Shown piece by piece: positions 47,779-57,202 of a stretch of DNA of 64,000 nucleotides. This DNA comes from a virus, in the IMG/VR virus record IMGVR_UViG_3300035661_003606, positions 6,757 to 70,756 of that record. One strand, 5' to 3'. The position numbers and the translations under genes are program-made. Position 1 is the stretch's first letter, and the number at the start of each line of letters is the position of its first letter. The notes below the pieces were generated by a model, which saw only the letters and a program-made list of their open reading frames with translations, was not told the origin of the DNA and searched no databases.

Positions 47779-48678
47779 ATGTTTGCAAACTTACATACCC
47801 ATACCGACTATTCCGTGTTAGACGGAATGATGACGGTTGGGAAAGCTTTTGAGAAAGCAAAACAAAATAACTATTCAGCATTGGCCATTACAGAACATGC
47901 GAACTTATCTTCATTGTATATAGCTCTTCAAGCTGCTGAAAAATACGAGCTTAAGTTTATTCCTGGTATAGAGTTTAATTTTGCAGATGATACTAGTGAC
48001 GAAAAAGGATATCACCTAGTAGCTCTAGCCACTAACCATAGTGGGCTACTCTCTATTATGAGAGTTTCTTATAGGGCTTACTTCAGAGACTACAAGTTTC
48101 CATATATAACTTGGGAAGACTTAGACTTATTGGACAGAAACGGAGTTTATATTTTATCCGGGTGCGAAGAAGGGCTTCTAGCTAGGAAAACCTTATTTTT
48201 TGGTCCTCAACGAGGGGGACAGATAGTAGATAGGTTCTCCTCTATGTTTGGAGACAGGTTCTTTGTAGAATTAATTGCTCCTTATAATGATAGACAAAAT
48301 GATATCAATGGCATTCTTTTGAATTTAGCTAAACAAAAGGGGGTAGCAACCGTTATGACGCTGGATAGTCACTATGCTGACGAGGTAGATGCAGAGCTAT
48401 TCCCCGTGTTTCAAGCAATACAATCTAAAAGAACTATTTTTGATAGAGATAAGTTTTACGATAGAGCTCCACTTATCACTGAGGAAACATTAAGGAGTAT
48501 GTGTGGAGCAGAATTTTCATCTTCAATAGACCATGCCGCTATATTAGCTGATAAATGTGAAGACTCTAAGAATTATTTGCCGAAAGCAAGTGAGTTTTTA
48601 ATGCCTAAGTTTAATGTCCAAGAGGCAGATAACTATGAGGCATTTAAGGAGTGGAGGAAGAAGACCTATGGAGCGTAG
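47779..48678 (+). CDS. dnaE: DNA polymerase III alpha, stand-alone PHP domain
   Basis: LHTHTDYSVLDG, AITEH, PGIE, HLVALA, SGC, DSHY. Confidence 0.88.
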   Translation: MFANLHTHTDYSVLDGMMTVGKAFEKAKQNNYSALAITEHANLSSLYIALQAAEKYELKFIPGIEFNFADDTSDEKGYHLVALATNHSGLLSIMRVSYRAYFRDYKFPYITWEDLDLLDRNGVYILSGCEEGLLARKTLFFGPQRGGQIVDRFSSMFGDRFFVELIAPYNDRQNDINGILLNLAKQKGVATVMTLDSHYADEVDAELFPVFQAIQSKRTIFDRDKFYDRAPLITEETLRSMCGAEFSSSIDHAAILADKCEDSKNYLPKASEFLMPKFNVQEADNYEAFKEWRKKTYGA

Positions 48679-49771
48679 TGATAGTCATGACTATCTTACT
48701 TTTCTTTGCGTTCAGGGCTGGGAGAAGAAGATTGCTCCATTAAATTTACCCGAAGAAAAAATACTCGAATATGCGCGCAGACTTAACCATGAATTGCAGA
48801 TGATTCATCTGGCTAATCTGGATGATTACCTGCTTATTGTATACGATATCCTAAGATATTGTGATGAGCGTGGTATTCAGAGGGGGGTGGGGCGTGGAAG
48901 CTCAGGAGGTTGTTTGATTGCTTATTTAATTAATATTACTCATATTGATAGCGTTAAATATGGCTGTCTTTTTTCTAGGTTTTTTAATATAGGCCGTTTG
49001 CAAACTGGTAATTTGGCTGACATCGATGTTGATATCGATCCTCGATATATTAACGATGTTATTGGGTATATCAAAAGAAAATATGGGTCTGATAAGGTGG
49101 CGGCCATTTCAACTGTTGTCAAGTTGTTTGGTAAGTCAGCCATTAAAGATGTTGCTAGGGCTTTGGCCATTGGGGAAGGTGGGACCGGCAAAGCCGAAAA
49201 TAAGAAGGAGATATTTTCTTTAAGCAATCGTATTACCTCTTTTTTCCCAGATGACCCAAAGGCCACTGTAGCCTCCTCCGTAAATGAGTCTAAAGAATTA
49301 CAGAAATATAAAGATCGATTCCCAGAGTTGTTTGAAAAGGCAACCAAGCTAGAGGGATTGGTTAGGTCCAACTCTATTCATGCTTGCGGTATGACGATTG
49401 CTAGTGTTCCATTGATTGAATATTTGCCAATGAAACTCTGTAAAGTCCGAGGAGAAGATGATTCTACATTAAAAGAAGAGGATTCTACATTAAAAGAAGA
49501 CGATAGCATTGCAGCAGATGAGGTGGATCAGGGACAGCAAGCTCAATTAAGAGAAGTTGTTGATGTCGATATGAAGGTTTTAGAGTCTAGGAAGTTTTTA
49601 AAGTTTGATTTTTTAAAACTTAAAACGTTATCTGTTATAAGAGATACCTTAGATATGATTAAGCGGAATCATAATAAAACTATTATCCTCCAAGATTTGA
49701 GTTTAGATGATGAGGAAGTTTATAAATATATGTGGAATGCCCCAAATCTTCTGGGTATTTTTCAGTTTTAA
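48668..49771 (+). CDS. dnaE: DNA polymerase III alpha, palm region (ends at in-frame TAA)
   Basis: GRGSSGG, ADIDVDID, HACG, KFDFL; terminates GIFQF*. Confidence 0.88.
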   Translation: MERSDSHDYLTFLCVQGWEKKIAPLNLPEEKILEYARRLNHELQMIHLANLDDYLLIVYDILRYCDERGIQRGVGRGSSGGCLIAYLINITHIDSVKYGCLFSRFFNIGRLQTGNLADIDVDIDPRYINDVIGYIKRKYGSDKVAAISTVVKLFGKSAIKDVARALAIGEGGTGKAENKKEIFSLSNRITSFFPDDPKATVASSVNESKELQKYKDRFPELFEKATKLEGLVRSNSIHACGMTIASVPLIEYLPMKLCKVRGEDDSTLKEEDSTLKEDDSIAADEVDQGQQAQLREVVDVDMKVLESRKFLKFDFLKLKTLSVIRDTLDMIKRNHNKTIILQDLSLDDEEVYKYMWNAPNLLGIFQF

Positions 49772-49780
49772 AGTGCGGGG

Positions 49781-51238
49781 ATGAGAGATCTGATTAGAGC
49801 TGTAAAGCCAAGAAATATTGAAGAGTTAGCTCATTGCAATGCTTTATATCGTCCTGGGCCTATGGACTCGGGCATTCTCGATCAGTATATAAAAAGGCGC
49901 CAGGGCCGTGAAATGGTAACCTATGATCATATTGATTTAAAGCCTATATTAGAGAGCACGTACGGTTTGCCTATTTTCCAGGAACAAAATATGAAGATTG
50001 CGCAGGTCATTGCGGGTTTTTCAGAGCAAGAGGCAGACATCTTAAGGGCCGCGATGGGTAAAAAAGATAAAGATAAAATGGCATCGCTTAAATCCAAATT
50101 TTTAGATGGGGCGGTGGCAAATGGATATGGTCGTGAGTTAGCTGAATATTTATTTGATGCTATTGAAAAATCTAGCAGATATGCATTTAACAAGCCACAC
50201 TCTGTAGCCTATTCTATTACGGCGTATTATACCCTTTGGCTAAAGTTTCATTATCCAACTGAATTTATTACTGCCAGCATTAATAATGAAAAAGATTGGG
50301 ATAAGATTTCTTTGTTTGTTTTTGATGCCCAGGAACACAATATCAAAGTGTTACCTGTTGATGTTTCTCGTTCTCAAGTAGAATATACTGTTGCTGGAGA
50401 TCATCAGATTTTAACAGGATTTAAATCTATTAAGGGTGTAGGGTCAGTAGCACCACTGACCATTGTGAATGGCGCTCCCTATTCTAGCTTTATAGATTTT
50501 CTAGTGAGAACTCACAACAGGGGGTCGAAGGTTACTAGTGCTGTGGTTACGGCAATTAACTCGGTGGGTGGTTTTGAATCGTTAGGTTTTAATCGAGCAA
50601 CAACAGAAGCCTATTACGATAAGGTGTCTAGTCTCCTGAGATTGGAGTATCCTAGCAAAGAAGATAAACTTACAGAGCTGGTAACTAAGTATGTTGAAGA
50701 TAAAGAAAATGTTGATATATCTAAGATCGTTACGGAGTTAATGTCCTCGGGTAGAACATCTGTCTATGAGTTTGATAAAAGACAATTGAAATATATCACT
50801 AAGGTTTTGTCGACATCGTATCCAGATAAGATGGCTACTATTAGTGCCATTCCGATTCAAGTGTTACCGGATTGGCCAATGTTAAAAAAGTGTAAATTAG
50901 AGAAGGCTTATCTTGGATATTTTGTAAGCGGACATCCAACTAAAGACTTTGGTGCGGTTAGACCTAAACATTATCTTGGTTATATTAATGGAATGGGAAA
51001 TAATACAAAAGTTGAAGTGTTGGTGTTTGTAGAAAGATTAGTGGTAGATAAGATTGTCTCTGGTGGGAAAAGAATGTGTAAATTTGAGGTTTCAGATGTC
51101 AGTGGATCAATGGAGCTGACAGTGTTTTTAAAGTCATATGAGGTGTGCCCTATTATTGTTGGGGCAATAAGCCATATTTTATGCGCTGTTAATATTTTTA
51201 ATGGAAGAACCTCGCTTCAATTTATTAAGTTGATTTGA
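49781..51238 (+). CDS. dnaE: DNA polymerase III alpha, fingers/HhH/OB region (in frame with the preceding ORF)
   Basis: ALYRPGPM, YGLPIFQEQ, AMGKK, YAFNKPHS, IKGVG, EKAYLGYFVSGHP, OB fold. Confidence 0.88.
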   Translation: MRDLIRAVKPRNIEELAHCNALYRPGPMDSGILDQYIKRRQGREMVTYDHIDLKPILESTYGLPIFQEQNMKIAQVIAGFSEQEADILRAAMGKKDKDKMASLKSKFLDGAVANGYGRELAEYLFDAIEKSSRYAFNKPHSVAYSITAYYTLWLKFHYPTEFITASINNEKDWDKISLFVFDAQEHNIKVLPVDVSRSQVEYTVAGDHQILTGFKSIKGVGSVAPLTIVNGAPYSSFIDFLVRTHNRGSKVTSAVVTAINSVGGFESLGFNRATTEAYYDKVSSLLRLEYPSKEDKLTELVTKYVEDKENVDISKIVTELMSSGRTSVYEFDKRQLKYITKVLSTSYPDKMATISAIPIQVLPDWPMLKKCKLEKAYLGYFVSGHPTKDFGAVRPKHYLGYINGMGNNTKVEVLVFVERLVVDKIVSGGKRMCKFEVSDVSGSMELTVFLKSYEVCPIIVGAISHILCAVNIFNGRTSLQFIKLI

Positions 51239-51240
51239 GC

Positions 51241-51269
51241 TTGACTTTTTTGCTGTTTTGAGCTATATT
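51241..51269 (+). promoter_or_regulatory. sigma-70-type promoter
   Basis: TTGACT-17nt-TATATT. Confidence 0.75.
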
Positions 51270-51290
51270 GAATATGAAGGGGTTTATACA

Positions 51291-51641
51291 GTGAGAACTA
51301 AGAAAAAATATTTTATAGACAAAATTCTTCATGATCCCAGACAAAGATTTTACATGAAGAGGTCAGAGTGCGCCATAATACTTGAGATTATAATGGAAGC
51401 TATTAAGGAAGCCATTCTCAAGCAAGAGGTGGTAGAACTCAGGGGTATTGGTTCTATTGGAATTAAAGACATTGGACCTAAAAGCGTATATAATTTTAAT
51501 GATGGCTCAACTTATATAAAAGAACATATTTTAAAGTTGAAGTTTTCTCCTTCTTCAGTTATCGAGAGGGAGATCAAAGAGCTTAATGCCAAACTAGATG
51601 AGCAGAATTTAAATAAGGAAGGAGATGATAATGCTGTGTAA
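51291..51641 (+). CDS. HU/IHF-family DNA-binding protein
   Basis: IKEAILKQEVVELRGIGSI..YNFNDG..LKFSPS; GTG start after the promoter. Confidence 0.8.
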   Translation: MRTKKKYFIDKILHDPRQRFYMKRSECAIILEIIMEAIKEAILKQEVVELRGIGSIGIKDIGPKSVYNFNDGSTYIKEHILKLKFSPSSVIEREIKELNAKLDEQNLNKEGDDNAV

Positions 51642-52212
51642 TAATTGTAAACACGATATACCCCTATCTATGGGATTTGCTTATGCTAAGGGATCCTGCC
51701 CCTTTTGTGGTGCAGATTTTTTGTCTGATACAAAAGGTTTAGCTATTCAGAAGTTTTATAATGAACTCTTTACGTGTTTTGGGGATAAGTTAGACATGGA
51801 TAGGATTTTTATAATTCTAGATTTTATTTATAGTCCAGGGTCTGAACTTATTGTAGAATTGCTTCAGAAATATAGAGATACTTTTAATGAAATCGCGGCT
51901 GCAGTTATCCCTACCAGGGAAGCGGTCAATCCCCAATTGCCTCCTTTAGCAAAAAAAGAAACAGTAAAGGCTCCAAAGAAGATATCTCGTGTAACAGAAG
52001 AAGATTCCACAACAACTAAAAAGATAAAAAAAACAGAGTCCTATAGTCGCGCCCAAGCAGATTACTCTATACCAGAGGCAGAGCTTGCAGAGCTGTCGGA
52101 TGACCTTAGAGATTTTGGTCGCAATGTTAAGACAAAGGCGGATTATGATATGTTTTTAAAGATGGTTGCAGAATCTATGATTACGAATTCTTCCGCGCAA
52201 GAAAGTCCCTAG
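51625..52212 (+). CDS. Zn-ribbon hypothetical protein
   Basis: CNNC..CPFCG; the last codons come from the IS left end. Confidence 0.65.
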   Translation: MIMLCNNCKHDIPLSMGFAYAKGSCPFCGADFLSDTKGLAIQKFYNELFTCFGDKLDMDRIFIILDFIYSPGSELIVELLQKYRDTFNEIAAAVIPTREAVNPQLPPLAKKETVKAPKKISRVTEEDSTTTKKIKKTESYSRAQADYSIPEAELAELSDDLRDFGRNVKTKADYDMFLKMVAESMITNSSAQESP

Positions 52213-52236
52213 TTTTAACCGTGGGATGAATTGCGG
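52185..52236 (+). mobile_element. IS200/IS605-type left end
   Basis: after TTAC: GAATTCTTCCGCGCAAGAAAGTCCCTAGTTTTAACCGTGGGATGAATTGCG, followed by a TnpB-like start. Confidence 0.65.
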
Positions 52237-52271
52237 GGACTATGTCTATTAATGTTTTTTGGGTGATACAT

Positions 52272-52400
52272 ATGATTTTAACATATAAGATAAAACATTT
52301 CTGCTATTTCTCTTCAGAGTCTTCTGCGGCGCGTAGCGTCGCAGAATACGCTTTAAAATATCGAACTATAGCTAGCAGGAGGAATGTGGGTGTCCGCTGA
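52272..52400 (+). pseudogene. truncated TnpB-like N-terminus
   Basis: MILTYKIKH..FS.E...AR.VAEYALK resembles short IS605-family TnpB N-termini (from recall); 42 codons only. Confidence 0.55.
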
Positions 52401-52893
52401 TTTTATTCGAGATATTTTAACTGCTATTGGTGGTATAGATGAGAGTGCTTTTATTGATAAGTATAAGTATATCGACGATGTAATAAATCGTATTCCAGTC
52501 TATAGTTGTATAGATCAGAATGTAGCCAAAGAATTGGCTACGATGTCTTTAGCTGGAGCTAATCTTTGCTCTGATTTAATCGGTGAGATGGCGCAGAGAT
52601 ATCAGATATTGAATATTTCGGCTAAAGAAGAAGAGGGGAAAGCAGGTCTTCTTCGTAGCGGGAAAAATTCAACTGTAGCACAAAAGTTTTTTGCTCAAAC
52701 AGATAAAGACTTTGTAGATGCTTCGGTTAAGAAGGCTAATGCTGAAACAATGTTAGAGGCGCTAAAGAGAAAATATGATGTTTTAATGGCTTTACATTAT
52801 TTAAGTAGAGATATTATTAAGGGCTTATCTAAGGTACCTACAGCCGAGGCTTATGATTCGGCTCTAGATAACCCATCATTTAAAGGGCTATGA
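52384..52893 (+). CDS. helical hypothetical protein (UvsY-like position/shape)
   Basis: AGGAGG SD; coiled helices; upstream of SSB/RuvC/RecA. Confidence 0.55.
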   Translation: MWVSADFIRDILTAIGGIDESAFIDKYKYIDDVINRIPVYSCIDQNVAKELATMSLAGANLCSDLIGEMAQRYQILNISAKEEEGKAGLLRSGKNSTVAQKFFAQTDKDFVDASVKKANAETMLEALKRKYDVLMALHYLSRDIIKGLSKVPTAEAYDSALDNPSFKGL

Positions 52894-52917
52894 GCCCACA
52901 AATAAGGAGATAGTAAA

Positions 52918-53787
52918 ATGAGTGATAACATTTGGGATGAGTTTGAAAAGTCGAACGTAAATACAGACGGCACACCGGGAGCGGTGTCTATTAAGGATAA
53001 GCGTATTGAATTCAATAAGCCTTCTACTCAGATTAGGCTCCTGTCCAACAAAGATGGTTTGAAACGTATGTTCCATTTTATTAGGACGGCTGGTAGCAAG
53101 GGCCGCTCAGTAGTGTGCTGTGGCAAGGATTGCCCAGTATGTGCGGTTGGAGATATTCCTCAGCCTAAGTGGCTTATGGTTGCTATGGAAAGAGAGACTT
53201 TAAGGGTTGGGGTAGTTCAGTTAACTAGAGGAATGATGAAGGGGATCGCTGCTCTTCGTAAGCTTCCGCCATTTGGACCTGATGTCACTTCATATGATTT
53301 ATTGATTATTAAAAACATTGAGAGGAATAAAGAAGGAAAGGAGCAAACCTCTTATATGGTGCATGGTTTACCTCAGGGCACTGTTCCGGCAGTTGATGAT
53401 GCAACGCGTGCTAGGATTATTTCCGAGGCAAAGGAAATAACGGAGCATATTGAGGATTTTGCTAAAATCTATTCTCCAGATCAGACTCTTCGTTATTTGG
53501 GCTGGTCTACGAGTCCCGCGCCGTCGGCCCAGTCTTCGGCGGCTATGGGAGCAGGTACGCGTCCAATGACCTCTCCCCCCTCTGTTCATCCTGCTTCTTC
53601 GGTCTCACCGCCCGTAGTTCAGTCTCCGCAAGCATCGTCCTCTAAGACCTCAAATTTTGATATTTCTTCTTTTTTGACAAAACCAGAGCTAGAGGCAGAT
53701 GCCACTTATAAGGTAGATCCTAAAATTGCGGCAGCTGCTCCAGCTACCGAATCGGAAGATGGGGATATTCCGCAGTTTAATCTATGA
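52918..53787 (+). CDS. single-stranded DNA-binding protein (gp32-like)
   Basis: IRLL..HF..VVCCGKDCPVC..YDLLI; low-complexity linker and acidic tail EDGDIPQFNL. Confidence 0.7.
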   Translation: MSDNIWDEFEKSNVNTDGTPGAVSIKDKRIEFNKPSTQIRLLSNKDGLKRMFHFIRTAGSKGRSVVCCGKDCPVCAVGDIPQPKWLMVAMERETLRVGVVQLTRGMMKGIAALRKLPPFGPDVTSYDLLIIKNIERNKEGKEQTSYMVHGLPQGTVPAVDDATRARIISEAKEITEHIEDFAKIYSPDQTLRYLGWSTSPAPSAQSSAAMGAGTRPMTSPPSVHPASSVSPPVVQSPQASSSKTSNFDISSFLTKPELEADATYKVDPKIAAAAPATESEDGDIPQFNL

Positions 53788-54305
53788 TAGTGTTAGCTTT
53801 GGATGTTTCTTCTGTTAGTACTGGTTGGGCATGTTTAACTGATTTAAAGTCTAAAAAGATGTCTCCAGTGGCCAAAATAAAAGATTTTGGTTGTATTTCT
53901 CCTAAGTCTGACTTGGCCACTGAGAGACTGATAATGTTTGAGAGTCAGTTAAAGAATTTGATATATGAAATAAAGCCCGACTTATGTGTAATAGAGGATT
54001 TAAATCATTTAAGAAACATGAACGTGGTTAAGGTGCTGGCTTCGTTTCTGGGAGTGGCAAAGAAGATATGTTATGAGTATCATAAGACGGAGCCTCTCTT
54101 AATTCGCAGAACCCATGTTCTTAAGCAGACAATGGGGAATGGAGATGCGTCAAAGGAAGATGTTGTCAAGTATATTGAGGATTTTTTTGATGTTATCCTC
54201 CCTAAGGAGGGAACAGAAGACATAGCCGATGCTATTTTGACGGGCTATTGTTACATTTTAGAAAGTAGGCTTCATATAGAAGGAGGGGAGGATGGCAAAA
54301 AATAA
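53784..54305 (+). CDS. ruvC: RuvC-like Holliday junction resolvase
   Basis: LALDVSSVSTGW, VIED, GNGDASKEDV, DIADAI. Confidence 0.85.
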   Translation: MIVLALDVSSVSTGWACLTDLKSKKMSPVAKIKDFGCISPKSDLATERLIMFESQLKNLIYEIKPDLCVIEDLNHLRNMNVVKVLASFLGVAKKICYEYHKTEPLLIRRTHVLKQTMGNGDASKEDVVKYIEDFFDVILPKEGTEDIADAILTGYCYILESRLHIEGGEDGKK

Positions 54306-55425
54306 AGAATCCAATCCATTTGCAGATGAGCAACGAGCTGGCATATTGAAGAAGTTTTTTGCCGAAGCTGCCTGGAATGAAGATAGAGACGCAAAGATAA
54401 CGGTCATCCCCACTTCCTCGTTTGCTCTTAATTATATTTTGGGTATTGGGGGGATTCCGTTAGGTCGCATAGTTCAGTTAGCCGGAGCAGAGTCTTCGGG
54501 TAAAACAACGTTATGCATGGACCTAATGAAGAGAGCGGAGGATTTGGGATATAGTTTTTTGTTCTTTGATGCGGAACAGACTTATAGTGCTGAACTAGCC
54601 TCTAGAATGGGTATTAGAACCCCGCCATCGGAATATATGGTGAAGGAATCTAGGGCAGCGGTTATTTGGTCTAAGCTTATAGGCCCGCACAAAGGTCTTA
54701 AAAAACAAGAGGGGATATTATGTCCAGACAGTGAAATAGGGCATTACTTCCTAAAAGAAAAGAATTTAAAACTAGTCTTTATAGATAGTCTTAACTCTCT
54801 AGTGGTCCCGAGAATAGAAAATTCAGACTTAGAAACCCAGCAGGTGGGAGCATTGTCGGCTTTTCTATCTCAAAATCTCCCCTTATTAGTTCCTAAGTTG
54901 GCTTTTGCAGGGGTTACCTTAGTGGGGATTCAGCAACTAAGAAGTAAGATAGGGGTTTCATATGGAGACCCTACAACCACGTCAGGGGGGAGAGCCTGGA
55001 AGCACGACGTATCTGTATCAATTAATCTTACACCTAGTGAGTCCAAAGATTGTAAAATTTTAGATGGCGAGGGTGCAGTTGTAGGTACCTCAGTTACGGC
55101 GTATATTTCTAAGTCTAAAGTATCTAGACCATATATGAAAGGTCAGTATAAGGTAATATTTGGACAGGGGATAATTGAACCCGAGCGTGAAGTTTTTGAC
55201 ATTGCATTACGTCGGAAGGTGATTACCAAGCCTAATAACGTGACGTATGAGTTTGAGGGGACAACTTGGCGTGGCGAAAAAGCTGTTCTTGCCGCTATTG
55301 CCGCAGACGAATCTCTGCGCGACAAGTTGATAGCAAGTATATATGCTCGTCGATATGAAATATTGGATGATGAGCGCGATCCTGCTCCCCCGGCAGGAAT
55401 GATTTCAGATGATCAAGATATTTAA
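54292..55425 (+). CDS. recA: RecA recombinase
   Basis: IPTSS..LGIGGIPLGRI..GAESSGKTT, FDAE, IDSL, QLRSKIGVSYGDPTTTSGG. Confidence 0.93.
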   Translation: MAKNKESNPFADEQRAGILKKFFAEAAWNEDRDAKITVIPTSSFALNYILGIGGIPLGRIVQLAGAESSGKTTLCMDLMKRAEDLGYSFLFFDAEQTYSAELASRMGIRTPPSEYMVKESRAAVIWSKLIGPHKGLKKQEGILCPDSEIGHYFLKEKNLKLVFIDSLNSLVVPRIENSDLETQQVGALSAFLSQNLPLLVPKLAFAGVTLVGIQQLRSKIGVSYGDPTTTSGGRAWKHDVSVSINLTPSESKDCKILDGEGAVVGTSVTAYISKSKVSRPYMKGQYKVIFGQGIIEPEREVFDIALRRKVITKPNNVTYEFEGTTWRGEKAVLAAIAADESLRDKLIASIYARRYEILDDERDPAPPAGMISDDQDI

Positions 55426-55442
55426 AATTAGGAGGAGATAAG

Positions 55443-55862
55443 ATGTTGACGACTTGCAATAAATGTGGCTCACAGAAGGAAGTAAAGCTTAGGAAGAGTG
55501 ACAATGTACCGGTGTGTGTGGAGTGTGGGACAGTAGTGAACTTGTCTCAAATGATGATTAATAGTATGAAAATGAGCAATGACTATATCACAATATCAGA
55601 TAATAAAATTCCATTTGGATGCAAGTGTGATAAGTGTGGGGCAATTGCTGAGTTGATTCTTAACCCTGGTTCTAATGAGGCGGAGTGCACGGTTTGTCAT
55701 CAAACTATGAACATTACTCCTTTTATGATAAAGGCCCTTCAAATTGCCGGACATTATCGTCCGTCTAGGGAGGCACCGGTAACGCTTGACGAGAAAGAGG
55801 AGACAAATGTGTCTGAGTCCGATAAGCAGATTAGTAGCGATGTGCCACGCGAACCTAAGTAA
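55443..55862 (+). CDS. double zinc-ribbon protein
   Basis: four CxxC pairs in two similar units; AGGAGG SD. Confidence 0.7.
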   Translation: MLTTCNKCGSQKEVKLRKSDNVPVCVECGTVVNLSQMMINSMKMSNDYITISDNKIPFGCKCDKCGAIAELILNPGSNEAECTVCHQTMNITPFMIKALQIAGHYRPSREAPVTLDEKEETNVSESDKQISSDVPREPK

Positions 55863-56628
55863 CACCCACAGAGAGTACTTTAGGGGACGTGGTTATAGTG
55901 ACGATGCCCTGGAGTCTTTTGGTATTGGTACTTTTCCTTTGGGATTAGTCGTCTCTGCTTTTAATTGTAATGAGTTAATAAGTCTGAAAATTATACATGC
56001 TTCTAGGGCTGGATATATGTCCTATTACTCAGAATTTAGTGATAGGATTATTATTCCGGTCCACGATGCGTATGGTCAACCAGTTGGTATAACCGGCAGG
56101 CTTATTGCAGAAAATCCTAATAGAGGGAAGTATTACAATAGTGATTATCCTAAGGCTTCTACTCTTTTTAACCTGCATAGAGCGAAGCAGGAAATATTAA
56201 AGGCTGGGTATGTTGTAGTGGTGGAGGGGAACTTAGACGTTGTTGCGATGTGGGATGCTGGGATTAGGAACGTAGTGGCATGTACTGGAGCCTTTATTAC
56301 GCCCAAGCAAATTAGAAAACTTCTGAGATATACTGATAAAGTTCTAGTGGCTACCGATAATGATAATGCTGGTCATATGTCTTATACGAAATTTTTAAAG
56401 AATTCGGCTTACTATATTAAGAATGGGGAGCTTAGTGCTATTAGGATTATTCCTCCATTCGGGCTTAAAGACCCCGATGATTTTATTAGAAAATATGGGG
56501 CTAAAACCTGTAGAGAATGGGTGGCGGCAGGAGCCAAGCATTTGATGGACGTAAGTAATAAGGGCAATTCTATAAGCTTTAAAGGAGTTTGGAATGGCTG
56601 TGGACAGGAAGAAGTCGGGGGTCAGTAA
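55807..56628 (+). CDS. dnaG: DnaG-type primase catalytic core/TOPRIM (no Zn finger)
   Basis: FSDRIIIP, GR, KYYNS, VVEGNLDV, TDNDNAG, KDPDD. Confidence 0.88.
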   Translation: MCLSPISRLVAMCHANLSNTHREYFRGRGYSDDALESFGIGTFPLGLVVSAFNCNELISLKIIHASRAGYMSYYSEFSDRIIIPVHDAYGQPVGITGRLIAENPNRGKYYNSDYPKASTLFNLHRAKQEILKAGYVVVVEGNLDVVAMWDAGIRNVVACTGAFITPKQIRKLLRYTDKVLVATDNDNAGHMSYTKFLKNSAYYIKNGELSAIRIIPPFGLKDPDDFIRKYGAKTCREWVAAGAKHLMDVSNKGNSISFKGVWNGCGQEEVGGQ

Positions 56629-57193
56629 GCGCTATCAATACAAATTTAGAGAAATACCAGTAGAGTCCATGGATGTTTTTTCTGAGGATATGGCTCTTCA
56701 CAATAAAGAAAATATATCTAGTGCACAGAAGCAGAAACAGAAGGCGAACATTCTAGAAGCTATATTCAATATTGCGGATGAGCAACTAACCCAAAGACAG
56801 AAAGACATACTGTATTGCAGGTATGTTTTAGGTATGACTCAGGTAGAGATAGGAAAAAAATTAGGTATTACGCAAAGTTGCGTTTCTCTTCAGATTAATG
56901 GCATTCCAAATTATACTTATAATAAAATTCATGGGGGAGTTTTACCTAAGCTTAGAAAGATGTGTATCAATGAGGCAGCTATTGCCTCTGGCTCTGCAAC
57001 AAGTGAAGAGGTAGACGTTCTACTGAAGACCATAAAAAGTAGAATTAAAAAATCTCATCCAGACTACTCCGATTTAGAATTAGCTAAGAAGGCCGTAGAG
57101 AGTTTTTCTAATATGAGCAAGATACTGGACTTGTTTGAGATGTTAATAAAAGAAGAAGTTGAACAAGAAGAGGAGGACCTTAATCAGGATTAA
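56594..57193 (+). CDS. sigma-70 region 4-like HTH protein
   Basis: LTQRQKDIL..GMTQVEIGKKLGITQSCVS. Confidence 0.75.
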   Translation: MAVDRKKSGVSKRYQYKFREIPVESMDVFSEDMALHNKENISSAQKQKQKANILEAIFNIADEQLTQRQKDILYCRYVLGMTQVEIGKKLGITQSCVSLQINGIPNYTYNKIHGGVLPKLRKMCINEAAIASGSATSEEVDVLLKTIKSRIKKSHPDYSDLELAKKAVESFSNMSKILDLFEMLIKEEVEQEEEDLNQD

Positions 57194-57202
57194 ATTGGCA
57201 GC

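Noticed and set aside
12201-49771. Alternative genetic code (TAG or TAA reassignment)
   Set aside because: TAG, TAA and TGA all end well-formed genes followed by SD/starts. The TAG at 12201 sits at a Trp position beside a frameshift (decay), and only one internal TAA was seen.
48668-51238. Split intein or intron at the DnaE breaks
   Set aside because: No intein N-terminal C/S block or HN C-terminal motif; only 9 nt separate the two ORFs.
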